From: a virus
Virus genome (UHGV): UHGV-0423091
DNA: 38,795 bases
Reading direction: 5' to 3' (one strand)
The translations under genes were made by a program, and so were the position numbers. Positions 10,228-18,798 of this stretch are shown one piece after another (positions within the stretch are counted from its first letter, which is position 1; each line of letters begins with the position of its first letter). The notes under the pieces were generated by a model. That model was not told the DNA's origin. It searched no databases and saw nothing but the letters and a program-made list of their open reading frames with translations.

Positions 10228-11903
10228 TGTGATTGCCCACCCTGACCACTAACTGCATTCGCCATAGCTGACAAAACACTCGGATCCGAAGTTTTAGCTT
10301 CGCTTAGCGTCTTGGCACCCTGTGCCGCCGCCATCCCCATCGCCATCATTTGTTGCTGCTGTTGCTGCTGTGCCCGTTGCTGGCGAGCATGCTCAACCTG
10401 TTCCTGCGGAACAATGACGGTTGGAGACACTCCGGACATATCAGCGAATGCATCGATCGCCTGATCAACGTTGAGTTTGTCGAGAGCTTCTGGTTTCGCT
10501 TGCGCAAGTTGACCAATGAAGTTAACCGTGGACGCCAGACTGGACAGGCCGATAGACTTCTGCGCCTGAGCCATGACGGAAATGTATTCGACCTTCAGGG
10601 GCATGCCTTCCATCGCGTCAGGCGGTGGCGGCAGCATGTTTTTACGCACCATCATCGAGAAAGCGCGGTCAATGAGAGGATTAAGACATTCGTCGTTCAG
10701 ACGCTCCAGAACCGGCCCCAACATCAGAAGTTTTTCTTCTTTCATTTCGATCACCGCTTCAACAGGCATCGAGCGGGTATTGATGTTCTGCAACATCATG
10801 AACAGATCGACAAAGTAGGCGCTGTTAATGATTTGACGAGTGTCCTGAATGTCTGCCACCAAATCTGCTGTACTGGGGTTAACCAGATAAGCAGGCCTGA
10901 AGCCATCCTGACCAGTAATCTGATCGATATACGTGATGTCGCCAGGAAGAAGGGAGGCGCGCTGATTCTTGAGGGAAGTCGGAGCAACCATCGGCGGATT
11001 GGTGGCTTTATCAATCAACTGCGACTTGCGCTTCTGGAGAAGCTGCAATGCCTTAACAGATCCAAGCGCCAGCATACCCGGGCATGATGATCCATAAACA
11101 TCTTCGCCGTTAACTTCCCAGCGCGGAGCCATAATTGGAAACTCATCGAATCCGGACTCACGCAACAACTTGTCGTTATCGCCACCAACCTCGTAATAAA
11201 CCGATTTGAATGGCTTGTTCTTGCTATCCAGCTTCGATGTATCGCGGTCAATGTTCGGGTAAACCGAATGCATCACTTCAATCCACTTCTCGTAGGTGCC
11301 GCTTTCCCACATGCTTTTTACGGATTCGCTGACGTTATTTAGCCCGAACTCCTGAACAAGCTGACGAACAGTCATAGAGAACTTGCGAAAACAGGTGTCC
11401 ACACTGCCACGAGGTGAGTTAGCCAGGTAGTAACTGCCTATCGGGAATGGCATTGTGCGAATGATGTCCTCGTCATCCTCCAGCACTGCCATTGCACCAG
11501 TGCTGTATGTGCCGAGGCTTCCGTATAACTGCGGCAGCGACTGATAGAGATTCGACTTATTGAACATATCGTTCATGCGGTTCTGCACCGCCTCAAGCCA
11601 CAACTTAACAGGGCCATAATCCATCATTTCAGGATCTGGCGTAGCCAGGCGAAACCACGGACGCGCGGGGCTTGTGATGCCTGACATCATGCCGCTGGCG
11701 AGAGTGCGCGCCGCCATAGTCCCGGTCGAATCAATAATGCGTGTATTGCGTCGATCGTTACGGTTGACCTCAGAAGTCAGAAAGCGGGAACCACGTGGGT
11801 TGATGTAATCACTCAACTCGCGCCAGTGCGGCTCGAACGACTGACGCTCGCTTTCAAGTTGTGCGAACTGTTTGTTCAATCGCTCTTTAGTTGTTTCCGC
11901 CAT
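10224..11903 (-). CDS. portal protein, 559 aa
   Basis: Track ORF; size and position; GGAG SD 9 nt upstream of ATG 11903; acidic C-terminal tail with poly-Gln/Ala. Confidence 0.75.
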   Translation of the reverse strand: MAETTKERLNKQFAQLESERQSFEPHWRELSDYINPRGSRFLTSEVNRNDRRNTRIIDSTGTMAARTLASGMMSGITSPARPWFRLATPDPEMMDYGPVKLWLEAVQNRMNDMFNKSNLYQSLPQLYGSLGTYSTGAMAVLEDDEDIIRTMPFPIGSYYLANSPRGSVDTCFRKFSMTVRQLVQEFGLNNVSESVKSMWESGTYEKWIEVMHSVYPNIDRDTSKLDSKNKPFKSVYYEVGGDNDKLLRESGFDEFPIMAPRWEVNGEDVYGSSCPGMLALGSVKALQLLQKRKSQLIDKATNPPMVAPTSLKNQRASLLPGDITYIDQITGQDGFRPAYLVNPSTADLVADIQDTRQIINSAYFVDLFMMLQNINTRSMPVEAVIEMKEEKLLMLGPVLERLNDECLNPLIDRAFSMMVRKNMLPPPPDAMEGMPLKVEYISVMAQAQKSIGLSSLASTVNFIGQLAQAKPEALDKLNVDQAIDAFADMSGVSPTVIVPQEQVEHARQQRAQQQQQQQMMAMGMAAAQGAKTLSEAKTSDPSVLSAMANAVSGQGGQSQ

Positions 11904-11917
11904 TTCAATGACTCCGG

Positions 11918-12124
11918 TTACTGACCAAGCAGCGTTTTACCGCTGGTATTAGCGGTTGATGTGTCGCCCTGAGAACCGGTAAGCAGCGTAGAACTACGAC
12001 CAGCAGCAGCGCGACGGCGACGAGTTTCTTCGTCGCGGGCATCAACAACGGCGGCATCCTGCTCCTGTGGTGCTGCCTGAACTTCTGGTGTTGCAGGCAC
12101 TGATGGTGAGCTACCCATGCACAT
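11918..12124 (-). CDS. small Ala/Arg-rich protein, 68 aa
   Basis: ATG 12124 is preceded by the same GGAGTCATTGA context as the portal start; no recognisable domain. Confidence 0.3.
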   Translation of the reverse strand: MCMGSSPSVPATPEVQAAPQEQDAAVVDARDEETRRRRAAAGRSSTLLTGSQGDTSTANTSGKTLLGQ

Positions 12125-12214
12125 ATCAATGACTCCGTACGCAATTAAATTATTACCAATTTAACCACATATGATTTATTTATCGTAGATAGTTGACATT
12201 TAACGCACAAATTA

Positions 12215-12229
12215 TTACCTTTCAGGTAA
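12215..12229. promoter_or_regulatory. operator-like palindrome TTACC-tttca-GGTAA next to a TTGACA box (12193-12198)
   Basis: Perfect copy of the dispersed 15-bp palindrome, in the intergenic region between the 68-aa gene and the tRNA. Confidence 0.45.
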
Positions 12230-12551
12230 GCAAAGAGTTCATTCCGGTTATTAACCTGACTGGCTTGTCGTTAAATTGAACAGGTGGAGTGAGCTTTTAT
12301 TTTGAGCAGTACGGCGTATGGCACATGCGCCGATAGCGGTCTGGATACGTTTAAGGGGCACCCTCCCTTGCTCGGGCAAACGAACCAGGTAGCCGGAATG
12401 TGCAAGTCGAGCGGTTTTATTCCGCGCACGGGGATTCACCATCCCGGCGATTCGGTGTGACGCCTCGGAAGAGACGAGGGTACAACGATGAGAGCATTTA
12501 TGGAGCCGCGACAAAGTGTGGCGCCTTAACAGGCTAAGTGCTCTCAGCGTT

Positions 12552-12628
12552 GTGGCATTAGCTCAGTTGGACAGAGCAACCGCCTTCTAAGCGGTTGGTC
12601 GCAGGTTCGAATCCTGCATGCCACGCCA
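12552..12628 (+). tRNA. tRNA-Arg (anticodon TCT, reads AGA/AGG), argU-like
   Basis: Hand-folded cloverleaf: 7-bp acceptor GTGGCAT/ATGCCAC, D-arm GCTC...GAGC, anticodon stem ACCGC/GCGGT with loop CTTCTAA, T-arm GCAGG-TTCGAAT-CCTGC, discriminator G and encoded CCA. Confidence 0.85.
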
Positions 12629-12671
12629 GAATCACGCCTAAGGACCGTGATGCCAGAAGTTCCAGGTGCTT

Positions 12672-12715
12672 GGCGGTGATAGTTTCCCTTGAAGGACTAT
12701 CACCGCCCTTTTTAC
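12672..12715 (+). terminator. strong rho-independent terminator after the tRNA
   Basis: Perfect 12-bp stem GGCGGTGATAGT / ACTATCACCGCC with a 12-nt loop, followed by CTTTTT. Confidence 0.7.
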
Positions 12716-12791
12716 AGCAGGACGCCATTGCGATGACTTCATGCTGTAAACCCGTGCAGCCACGGAAGGCATAACTCATTGCTTCCAGTTC

Positions 12792-12815
12792 GCCCGGTTC
12801 GCCGGGCATTTTTTT
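12792..12815 (+). terminator. second intrinsic terminator (GCCCGG-UUCG-CCGGGC plus T7)
   Basis: 6-bp GC stem with UUCG tetraloop followed by seven T. Confidence 0.55.
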
Positions 12816-12831
12816 GCTTGATGACCGCAAA

Positions 12832-12849
12832 TTACCTTAAAGGTATAAT
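12832..12849. promoter_or_regulatory. operator-like site TTACC-ttaaa-GGTAt overlapping a perfect TATAAT (12844-12849) just upstream of the moron gene
   Basis: One-mismatch copy of the dispersed palindrome; consensus -10 hexamer. Confidence 0.4.
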
Positions 12850-12850
12850 C

Positions 12851-13669
12851 ATGAAAAACTTCAAGGTAATTAGCATGTTTGAATCGTTCAAAGAGCTGTT
12901 TTTATCTACTGCCAATACTGCCGTGAATCGAGCCAAAAACCCTGTGCTTGGTGCTTTTGTTATGTCCTGGTGCGCCTTCAACTGGAAATCAATTCTTTAT
13001 CTATTTTTTAGCAAATCAAACATAATAGATAAAATTTCATATATCTCAGATAACAGCACATGGAAAACTGTTATGTTTTATCCATGCTTATCTGTAATTG
13101 CTATCTGCTGCCTATTACCATGGGTAAACAATATCATTAACGTATGGCAAGCAAAGCCTCTTGATAATAATGACTCAATCGAAAATCACCTGAAGGCAAG
13201 AAAAATCCAGCGTGAAACAAGACTGCAGAGGTTATTGGCTAAAAAAGATGTTACATACGACAAAGTTAAGACTGGCGCGGAAAAAGACATCCAAGAGATG
13301 AAAGAAGAGATTATTCGATCAAAGAATAGTATGGGGGAATTGACTGCCGAGTTGAAAGCTAAAGATGACGAATTGAGATCCGCCAGTGCTCAGTTAGCAG
13401 CTCTAAATCATTCATTAAAAGAGATATCGGAAACTCTTGGAAGAATGAATGAGGCATATAAGACCCTCCAAAATGATTTCGACGAATACAAACTCAAATA
13501 CCCTGAAAAATCTCAAATAAAAAGCCTTGAACTTGGCAACGGCCAAACAATTAGCAACTTTTTGGAGCAACACAACTTATCCGGATTAAAATCTGGTAAG
13601 CCAAACGTTTTTAATAACTTTGGTGTTCTATCTGGATTATCAGGTTTCGAGGATAAAAATAAAGACTAA
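12851..13669 (+). CDS. moron: membrane plus coiled-coil protein, 272 aa; candidate superinfection-exclusion or abortive-infection factor
   Basis: Track ORF trimmed to ATG 12851; two predicted transmembrane segments then a long charged helical region; AT-rich; antisense to and converging on the terminase gene. Confidence 0.65.
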   Translation: MKNFKVISMFESFKELFLSTANTAVNRAKNPVLGAFVMSWCAFNWKSILYLFFSKSNIIDKISYISDNSTWKTVMFYPCLSVIAICCLLPWVNNIINVWQAKPLDNNDSIENHLKARKIQRETRLQRLLAKKDVTYDKVKTGAEKDIQEMKEEIIRSKNSMGELTAELKAKDDELRSASAQLAALNHSLKEISETLGRMNEAYKTLQNDFDEYKLKYPEKSQIKSLELGNGQTISNFLEQHNLSGLKSGKPNVFNNFGVLSGLSGFEDKNKD

Positions 13670-15141
13670 GCATATGGATCGTACTCGGTAAGCGCCTTGC
13701 CTTGCTGGTTCTGCTGCCCGGGAAGTCGCAGGCGCTTTGACACCGGGAAAGCAAACGTCAGCAGTAGCGCATCGCCTTTACCAGGCGAACGCCCAAGTCG
13801 TTCTTTGATATCTTCCTTCGGTTCGATAACGATTTTACCGTCCACGCGAACTTTGTACTCTGCCGCCGACAGATCGTCCGCTGTTTCCTGGTCATCCAGC
13901 ATCCCGCCCAACCTCAGCCATGTCTTGCATGAGTTGAACATCTCCCCGCGCTTGTTGAGCATCTGAGGGTCAGTTGACGCACCACCGAACGGAACAAGTT
14001 GCCATGTGCGCCCCCAGCCGTCACCGATTGACTTCAGACCGGTTCCGTAACCGAAGTCGATGAACACCGCGTCAGCCTGATACTGGTCTTCAAAGTCAGC
14101 GATACGCTTCGCCATAATCAGATCGTCAGTGGTCTTGTTGCCAGTCCATAGCACCTTACTATGCAACCCCTGCCGCAGGTATATCACCGCGTCATCAACG
14201 CCTGAATATGCCGGGTCAACACCGATTATCACCGGAGCATGTGCCACCTGCGCAGCGGTTACCACCCGTTTCATTGCCTCATCAGTAAGACCGGTAGGGA
14301 TAAACTGCAATTCAGATGCATCAGGGAATATGCCGCGCACACGGATTTTAACGAAGTCGCTGTCTTCCCCGTAGTCATCAACCCATTTCTGCAACTGCTG
14401 TTTGTTAGTACCTTCCACCGTCCGGCTGTCAATCTGCGCAGTTTTCCAGCGGTGTTTGTATTTGCGGAAACATTCGCGAAAACGCCCGGTATTACGTGTA
14501 GGGTTTCCGAACGCCACCCAGATAATCTCAGTGTCTTCGTCCGTAAGCGCACCCTCAGCAACTTCCCACACCAGATCCGCAATGTTCGACGCTTCATCGA
14601 ATACCACGATGATGCGTTTGCGCTCGTTGTGTAGTCCGGCGAATGCCTCAGTGTTGTGCTCAGACCAGGGGATTGCGTCAGCTCGCCACCGCTTGTCGTG
14701 CCCAGGATCATTGCTGTACATCGCGGTAGCGGTACAGGTAAACCAGTCTTTCGTGATAGCAAGGTTCGACCACTTGATAATTTCCGGCCAGGTCTTCGTT
14801 CGTAGCTGGTTGTCGGTGTTGGCGGTCACCACGACCTTACAATCCTCGCAAGTGGACATGCCCCAGTTGATCAGCATTGAGATGAATGCGGATTTACCAA
14901 TACCGTGACCAGAAGCACGTGCCAGCATAAGCGGCTGATAACGCGTCTCTGGATTCTGCAGGTGATCACGTATCTCTCGGAACGCATCGGCCTGCCACTG
15001 ACGTGGGCCGGTAGCATGTGCCAGTTCAGTCCCCTCTTCCCCCCACGGGAACGCATAGAGGGCATAGCCAAGCGGATCGTGAGTGAACCCTGCAATATCC
15101 TCGATTAACTGCTCTTCAGGAGATAACGCTGTATCTGTCAC
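13666..15141 (-). CDS. terminase large subunit, 491 aa
   Basis: Walker A-like ARASGHGIGKS near the N-terminus; size; directly downstream of the small subunit. Confidence 0.9.
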   Translation of the reverse strand: MTDTALSPEEQLIEDIAGFTHDPLGYALYAFPWGEEGTELAHATGPRQWQADAFREIRDHLQNPETRYQPLMLARASGHGIGKSAFISMLINWGMSTCEDCKVVVTANTDNQLRTKTWPEIIKWSNLAITKDWFTCTATAMYSNDPGHDKRWRADAIPWSEHNTEAFAGLHNERKRIIVVFDEASNIADLVWEVAEGALTDEDTEIIWVAFGNPTRNTGRFRECFRKYKHRWKTAQIDSRTVEGTNKQQLQKWVDDYGEDSDFVKIRVRGIFPDASELQFIPTGLTDEAMKRVVTAAQVAHAPVIIGVDPAYSGVDDAVIYLRQGLHSKVLWTGNKTTDDLIMAKRIADFEDQYQADAVFIDFGYGTGLKSIGDGWGRTWQLVPFGGASTDPQMLNKRGEMFNSCKTWLRLGGMLDDQETADDLSAAEYKVRVDGKIVIEPKEDIKERLGRSPGKGDALLLTFAFPVSKRLRLPGQQNQQGKALTEYDPYA

Positions 15142-15734
15142 TGATTACCATCCTGACGTTCTTTGAGTCGCTTCCTGGCTGCTGCTATGCGATCAGCAAT
15201 TGTCACATTCACATTAACATCCAGACGTTCTTTGAACGCGTTGACATCAACATGCTTACCAATCAGCTCAAGGTTCTTCACCTTGTCAGGCCATTTAATT
15301 TTTTTGAGGATTGTCTCTATCGAATCCTCGTTCATGTTCATGATGGTCGATGACAAATCAAAGCCACTAAGCGTAGTGCGCCAGATTTTCGGCCACTCAC
15401 GGATTGGTTTAAGGCTCCCATCGTCGTTGAGGATGTCGATCACGTCCATCTGGTCGATCTGCACCAGGCGCATGAGAACGTAATCAGCACTGACGCGCAT
15501 TCGTTTGTTGCGCTCCTCCATCAACTCGGCAATCCGTTTTTGAATGCGTTCATCGCGCATCATGACACTGGCTTTAACTGCCGCTGTATTTGGGGAGAAT
15601 CCTGCGTTAATCGCTGCCTGAGTCTGGTTTTCAGGCGTTTTGATGTATGACTGGCAATAAGCCTCCTGCATTGCTGTTAGTGGCTTAAATTGCGTTGATT
15701 TGCGTTTATAGGTTTTAGGTTCAGCAGGCATCAT
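15138..15734 (-). CDS. terminase small subunit, about 198 aa
   Basis: Track ORF 15138..15812 trimmed to tandem ATGs at 15734/15731, because a terminator hairpin lies inside the track's N-terminal extension. Confidence 0.65.
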   Translation of the reverse strand: MMPAEPKTYKRKSTQFKPLTAMQEAYCQSYIKTPENQTQAAINAGFSPNTAAVKASVMMRDERIQKRIAELMEERNKRMRVSADYVLMRLVQIDQMDVIDILNDDGSLKPIREWPKIWRTTLSGFDLSSTIMNMNEDSIETILKKIKWPDKVKNLELIGKHVDVNAFKERLDVNVNVTIADRIAAARKRLKERQDGNQ

Positions 15735-15766
15735 AACCACCGTGGTAATAGTTACCGTTATGGTAA
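15734..15766. promoter_or_regulatory. two tandem operator-like sites (TaACC-accgt-GGTAA and TTACC-gttat-GGTAA) overlapping the terminase small subunit start and SD
   Basis: Dispersed palindrome copies at 15734-15748 and 15752-15766. Confidence 0.45.
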
Positions 15767-15775
15767 TAGTACCAT

Positions 15776-15803
15776 GCAAAATAAAGCCGCCATAGTTGGC
15801 GGC
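15776..15803 (-). terminator. intrinsic terminator in the late-operon leader (GCCGCC-6 nt-GGCGGC then TTTATTTTG on the minus strand)
   Basis: 6-bp GC stem followed by a T-rich tract on the coding strand, about 45 nt upstream of the terminase start. Confidence 0.55.
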
Positions 15804-15852
15804 AGTATTCAAAACCCATCAAATTCATCATGCATAATCTACTCGTGACATG

Positions 15853-16191
15853 TCACACTATTAATTTCGTTTCATGCCAGCCTTTAGTCACCCAGCATTG
15901 CGAGTCACCATTACACGGGCATGAATTAACTGGAACTCTCTCGCCGCACTTACCGCAACATTTTCTGCTGATCGATTTTATACGCCCGCGCACGCGTGCA
16001 TCATCCTGGCGGATCAGTAACGCTATATACTCACCAAATTCGTAAGGCGCACGCCCGGGGCGACGCGTGGCACAGTTACGCTCCAGCATTTCAATTTCCT
16101 GAGCATCAAGCACAATTTCCAGCTTACGCACACCAGATGCAGCTTGTCTGGCTCTCTGAGCGGCTTTGCGCTCTGCTGCTGATTTAGCCAT
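15853..16191 (-). CDS. Cys-rich (zinc-ribbon-like) small protein, 112 aa; candidate late-gene regulator
   Basis: C-terminal CCGKCGERVPVNSCPCNGDSQCW cluster; last early-operon gene before the late leader. Confidence 0.5.
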   Translation of the reverse strand: MAKSAAERKAAQRARQAASGVRKLEIVLDAQEIEMLERNCATRRPGRAPYEFGEYIALLIRQDDARVRGRIKSISRKCCGKCGERVPVNSCPCNGDSQCWVTKGWHETKLIV

Positions 16192-16537
16192 TCTGATTTT
16201 CCTGCATCATGAGGAAGACAATCATGGCGGCGCGGAGAACATTTTCATGCTCATGCTCCCAAATATGGTTGGCAGAAGCACCGTGCAAACCGCTTTCGTT
16301 CCAGTCCCAGAGAATGTTAACTCCGTTATCAGCAATAATCGGCCATGAGGCGCTCGGATCATTGCAGTAGTCAGGTAAAGGGTTTAATGGCTCAAAAGTT
16401 GTATCAGCATTTCCGTAATACCATTTGTTGGTGTTATTCCCTGACGTTTCCGGTTTACATGCCCAAAGGCCTTTAAAAATTATGTCTCCTACCATTCTGT
16501 TAATTTCAAAATCACTTAACTGTGAATAGTCCATCAT
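16184..16537 (-). CDS. hypothetical nin-region protein, 117 aa (tentatively NinX/DUF2591-like)
   Basis: Track ORF; conserved-looking PDYCNDP...W segment; family assignment from memory only. Confidence 0.5.
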   Translation of the reverse strand: MMDYSQLSDFEINRMVGDIIFKGLWACKPETSGNNTNKWYYGNADTTFEPLNPLPDYCNDPSASWPIIADNGVNILWDWNESGLHGASANHIWEHEHENVLRAAMIVFLMMQENQNG

Positions 16538-17172
16538 TTCGCCACCTTCGGAGGCTCTGGTAGCGGCATCCAGTGAGTTACGTCATCCAAGATATTTCCT
16601 GATAAATGCGTGAAAGCTCTATATTTTTTGTAATTAATTGGATTTAAAACCCAGTTCCAATATGCGGCCACGATTTCACCTTGACTAAATGCCAGTAACA
16701 TTTTGGTGTCTTCCGGCATTCGATCACTACAGCTTATCCAACCATCCGGAATTACCGGAGAGTTGCCGGGTTCTTTAATGTGCAAGCGAGGCTCACCATC
16801 TTTTGGTTCAGGCCACTGGCGTTCCATGTTGATCTTCAATTTATTTTCCATAGCAGCGGTAATTTCAGCATCACTGATACCAGCACGGCGCTGTGCATCC
16901 CACAACAGGAACTGCATATCAGCCCACTCGCTGAGATCGTCAGGTTTGGCTGCGGCTTCCAGAGCCTCTTTTGAGAGGTGTTTCAGTGGACCAATGGGGC
17001 CAACGCAGCCAAATGTGGAGTCAGACCATTTGGCATGCTCGTGGCGAATCTGTTCGCGTTCCAGCGATGCCAGTGCAATCCGTGCCACTTCCATTTGTTC
17101 GCCACGAGTAAGTCCGTTATCAAGCGGATTTTTAATGAATAATTCGATACGCTCTTTGGTAATAGTGGTCAT
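16534..17172 (-). CDS. DUF550/DUF551-type two-domain protein, 212 aa (putative nucleotide pyrophosphohydrolase-like N-domain)
   Basis: Trimmed to ATG 17172 with AAGGAG SD; C-terminal W...MPE...THWMPLPEPP segment resembles DUF551. Confidence 0.55.
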   Translation of the reverse strand: MTTITKERIELFIKNPLDNGLTRGEQMEVARIALASLEREQIRHEHAKWSDSTFGCVGPIGPLKHLSKEALEAAAKPDDLSEWADMQFLLWDAQRRAGISDAEITAAMENKLKINMERQWPEPKDGEPRLHIKEPGNSPVIPDGWISCSDRMPEDTKMLLAFSQGEIVAAYWNWVLNPINYKKYRAFTHLSGNILDDVTHWMPLPEPPKVAK

Positions 17173-17173
17173 A

Positions 17174-17896
17174 TCACTCTCCTTTGATGCGAATGCCAGC
17201 GGCGCGGGAATCATTCCATCGCTTTACTTCTTCACGAATTACGTCAATGCATTCTTTCGAATCCATTAGGTAATCTTCATCAAAAAGCCTTTCCTGTTCG
17301 TTTTCTATCGCAACAATGATTGCTTCAACTAACTTTTGTGCCTGAGAACCACTTTCTAACTCTGCAATGCGCTTCTCTGCGGCTTCCAGCTTCTCGCGCA
17401 TATCGTCAACGTACTCGACCAGAGATCCGCCAGCAGGAATTTCGCACTCCTCGACCAGTTGGAAGTAGATATCAGCTGCGGCCCGTGTGTTGCTATGCCT
17501 AGCGTCGCCCATCTCACCTTCACGAAGAGCATCGCGTTCGGCGGTAAGATTGGCTATTTTGCTGTCTTTGCCTTCCAGCTCAACTCTCAGCTTCCCTACC
17601 GTTAGCGCAATTTCCTCGTTCTCCTGATCGCGGCGTTTTATGTATTGCTGGTTTCTTTCCCGTTCATCCAGCAGTGCCTGCACTACTTCAGGGTTGAAAG
17701 CTGCGATATAACGAGCATTAGCAGCAGCTTTTTTCTGTCCATCAAACCCAGGCCATTTGATAACATCTTCGCATCGTTTATCACCTGGCGTATGCACCGC
17801 ATACGTACCAGTACCCGGCGAAATAAATGCGACCCATTCGCCCTGTGTTGCCTGTTTTGCTAACTCACGCAGTGCCTGATAGTCAATCTTGCTCAC
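17174..17896 (-). CDS. coiled-coil protein, 240 aa (possibly Ead/Ea22-like)
   Basis: Track ORF; N-terminal MSKIDYQALRELA motif and long heptad-like central region. Confidence 0.5.
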   Translation of the reverse strand: MSKIDYQALRELAKQATQGEWVAFISPGTGTYAVHTPGDKRCEDVIKWPGFDGQKKAAANARYIAAFNPEVVQALLDERERNQQYIKRRDQENEEIALTVGKLRVELEGKDSKIANLTAERDALREGEMGDARHSNTRAAADIYFQLVEECEIPAGGSLVEYVDDMREKLEAAEKRIAELESGSQAQKLVEAIIVAIENEQERLFDEDYLMDSKECIDVIREEVKRWNDSRAAGIRIKGE

Positions 17897-18312
17897 TGGT
17901 TGCCTCCTTTACGAAGCTGTTCGGCGAACTCGTTGGCGTCATCGATATAAGAATCCATCCATTCAGATTTGCGGTCGGCAGTTAACATCTCAACCCCCTG
18001 CGCCCGTACTTCAGCCAGGAAAGCGTCGGTGGCTGGGGTTTTGATTTCGTTAAGCGCATCACTGAATCCACCACGCTCCATACCTAGCTCTGCTTCGTAA
18101 TCGGCATCGAATGCAGCGTCTTTGCAGAACTTCTTCAGCCCCGCATTCTCCGCTGCCATCGCATTAGCACGCACCAGTTGCACTTCCAGTTGCGTTGCCA
18201 AATCGCTGATCAGCTTTGCCACACTACGCATATCAACGGCACCACATTCTGCTTTCAGTTCCGAAGCCATCTCATGCCCGGCGGCAACTAACCCTTTGAT
18301 ATTACTTTCCAT
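17893..18312 (-). CDS. hypothetical early protein, 139 aa
   Basis: Track ORF in the early operon. Confidence 0.5.
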   Translation of the reverse strand: MESNIKGLVAAGHEMASELKAECGAVDMRSVAKLISDLATQLEVQLVRANAMAAENAGLKKFCKDAAFDADYEAELGMERGGFSDALNEIKTPATDAFLAEVRAQGVEMLTADRKSEWMDSYIDDANEFAEQLRKGGNQ

Positions 18313-18373
18313 CTTTACCCTCGCTTATCCACATAACTTATTGATTACATTGATAACTAAAAAGATCGTCGAT

Positions 18374-18718
18374 TCAGAACTCTTCGATGTTCCAGCCACC
18401 ACCTGCTTTCTTTGGTTTAACCGTTACCCCGATGATTCGGAACGGATACTGATCTGCGGCGACTTTGGTTTTCACCCTGGCGTCGTCGGTCCAGAAACCT
18501 TTCACTTCGTGCAGTTCCATCTCGCCGGTGGCGAGCATCACAGCAAAATCGGGCGTATAGAACGTGTTGTCAGCTAACCGCAGCTTGATACCCTCAAATC
18601 GATACCAGACGATTTCTCCTGCACGTTTACGCAGCTCAAGGTGCTGGCAATACGCAGATTCTGTTTTGTTCATCTGTCCTGTTTTGAGTCGACCAAGAGC
18701 CTGTATCTGTTTTCTCAT
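18374..18718 (-). CDS. DUF1064-like small nuclease-fold protein, 114 aa
   Basis: Track ORF; size and conserved E/D/K pattern reminiscent of DUF1064; operator-like site immediately upstream. Confidence 0.5.
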   Translation of the reverse strand: MRKQIQALGRLKTGQMNKTESAYCQHLELRKRAGEIVWYRFEGIKLRLADNTFYTPDFAVMLATGEMELHEVKGFWTDDARVKTKVAADQYPFRIIGVTVKPKKAGGGWNIEEF

Positions 18719-18721
18719 GAT

Positions 18722-18798
18722 TTACCCCTGAGGTAATTAAAAACCACATAAGACACGAAATCAATAGATTTTAGAATATTTTATTACCTAACAGGTAA
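18722..18798. promoter_or_regulatory. two perfect operator-like palindromes (18722-18736 TTACC-cctga-GGTAA; 18784-18798 TTACC-taaca-GGTAA)
   Basis: Both lie in the intergenic region upstream of the DUF1064-like gene. Confidence 0.45.

Noticed and set aside
428-11087. Numerous plus-strand track ORFs (for example 428..751, 2267..2884, 5975..6664, 7212..7691, 9218..9799, 10350..11087) lying antisense inside the long minus-strand structural genes
   Set aside because: They are fully nested in well-supported, translationally coupled genes on the other strand, have no ribosome-binding sites and low-complexity translations; treated as antisense-frame artefacts
12552-12628. tRNA as the phage attachment site (P4-type integrases often target tRNA genes)
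   Set aside because: It is a complete tRNA with its own promoter and terminators, 13 kb from the integrase, whereas attP should sit next to int and carry only the 3-prime part of a tRNA; I placed the attP candidate at 26869-27186 instead
12558-12830. 90-aa minus-strand ORF overlapping the tRNA and its terminators
   Set aside because: It runs through the tRNA-Arg gene and two strong hairpins; the tRNA fold is much better supported than the ORF
15735-15812. N-terminal extensions of track ORFs from upstream alternative starts (terminase small subunit 15812, endolysin 28526, antirepressor 32401, small gene 20712, 862-aa virion gene 3013)
   Set aside because: In each case a downstream ATG has a clear Shine-Dalgarno sequence and/or couples to the upstream stop, and the extension overlaps a terminator hairpin or the preceding gene
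15845-15856. GTGACATGTCAC considered as a CRP or FNR site
   Set aside because: Half-site spacing (GTGAC-N2-GTCAC) fits neither TGTGA-N6-TCACA nor TTGAT-N4-ATCAA; kept as an unassigned palindrome
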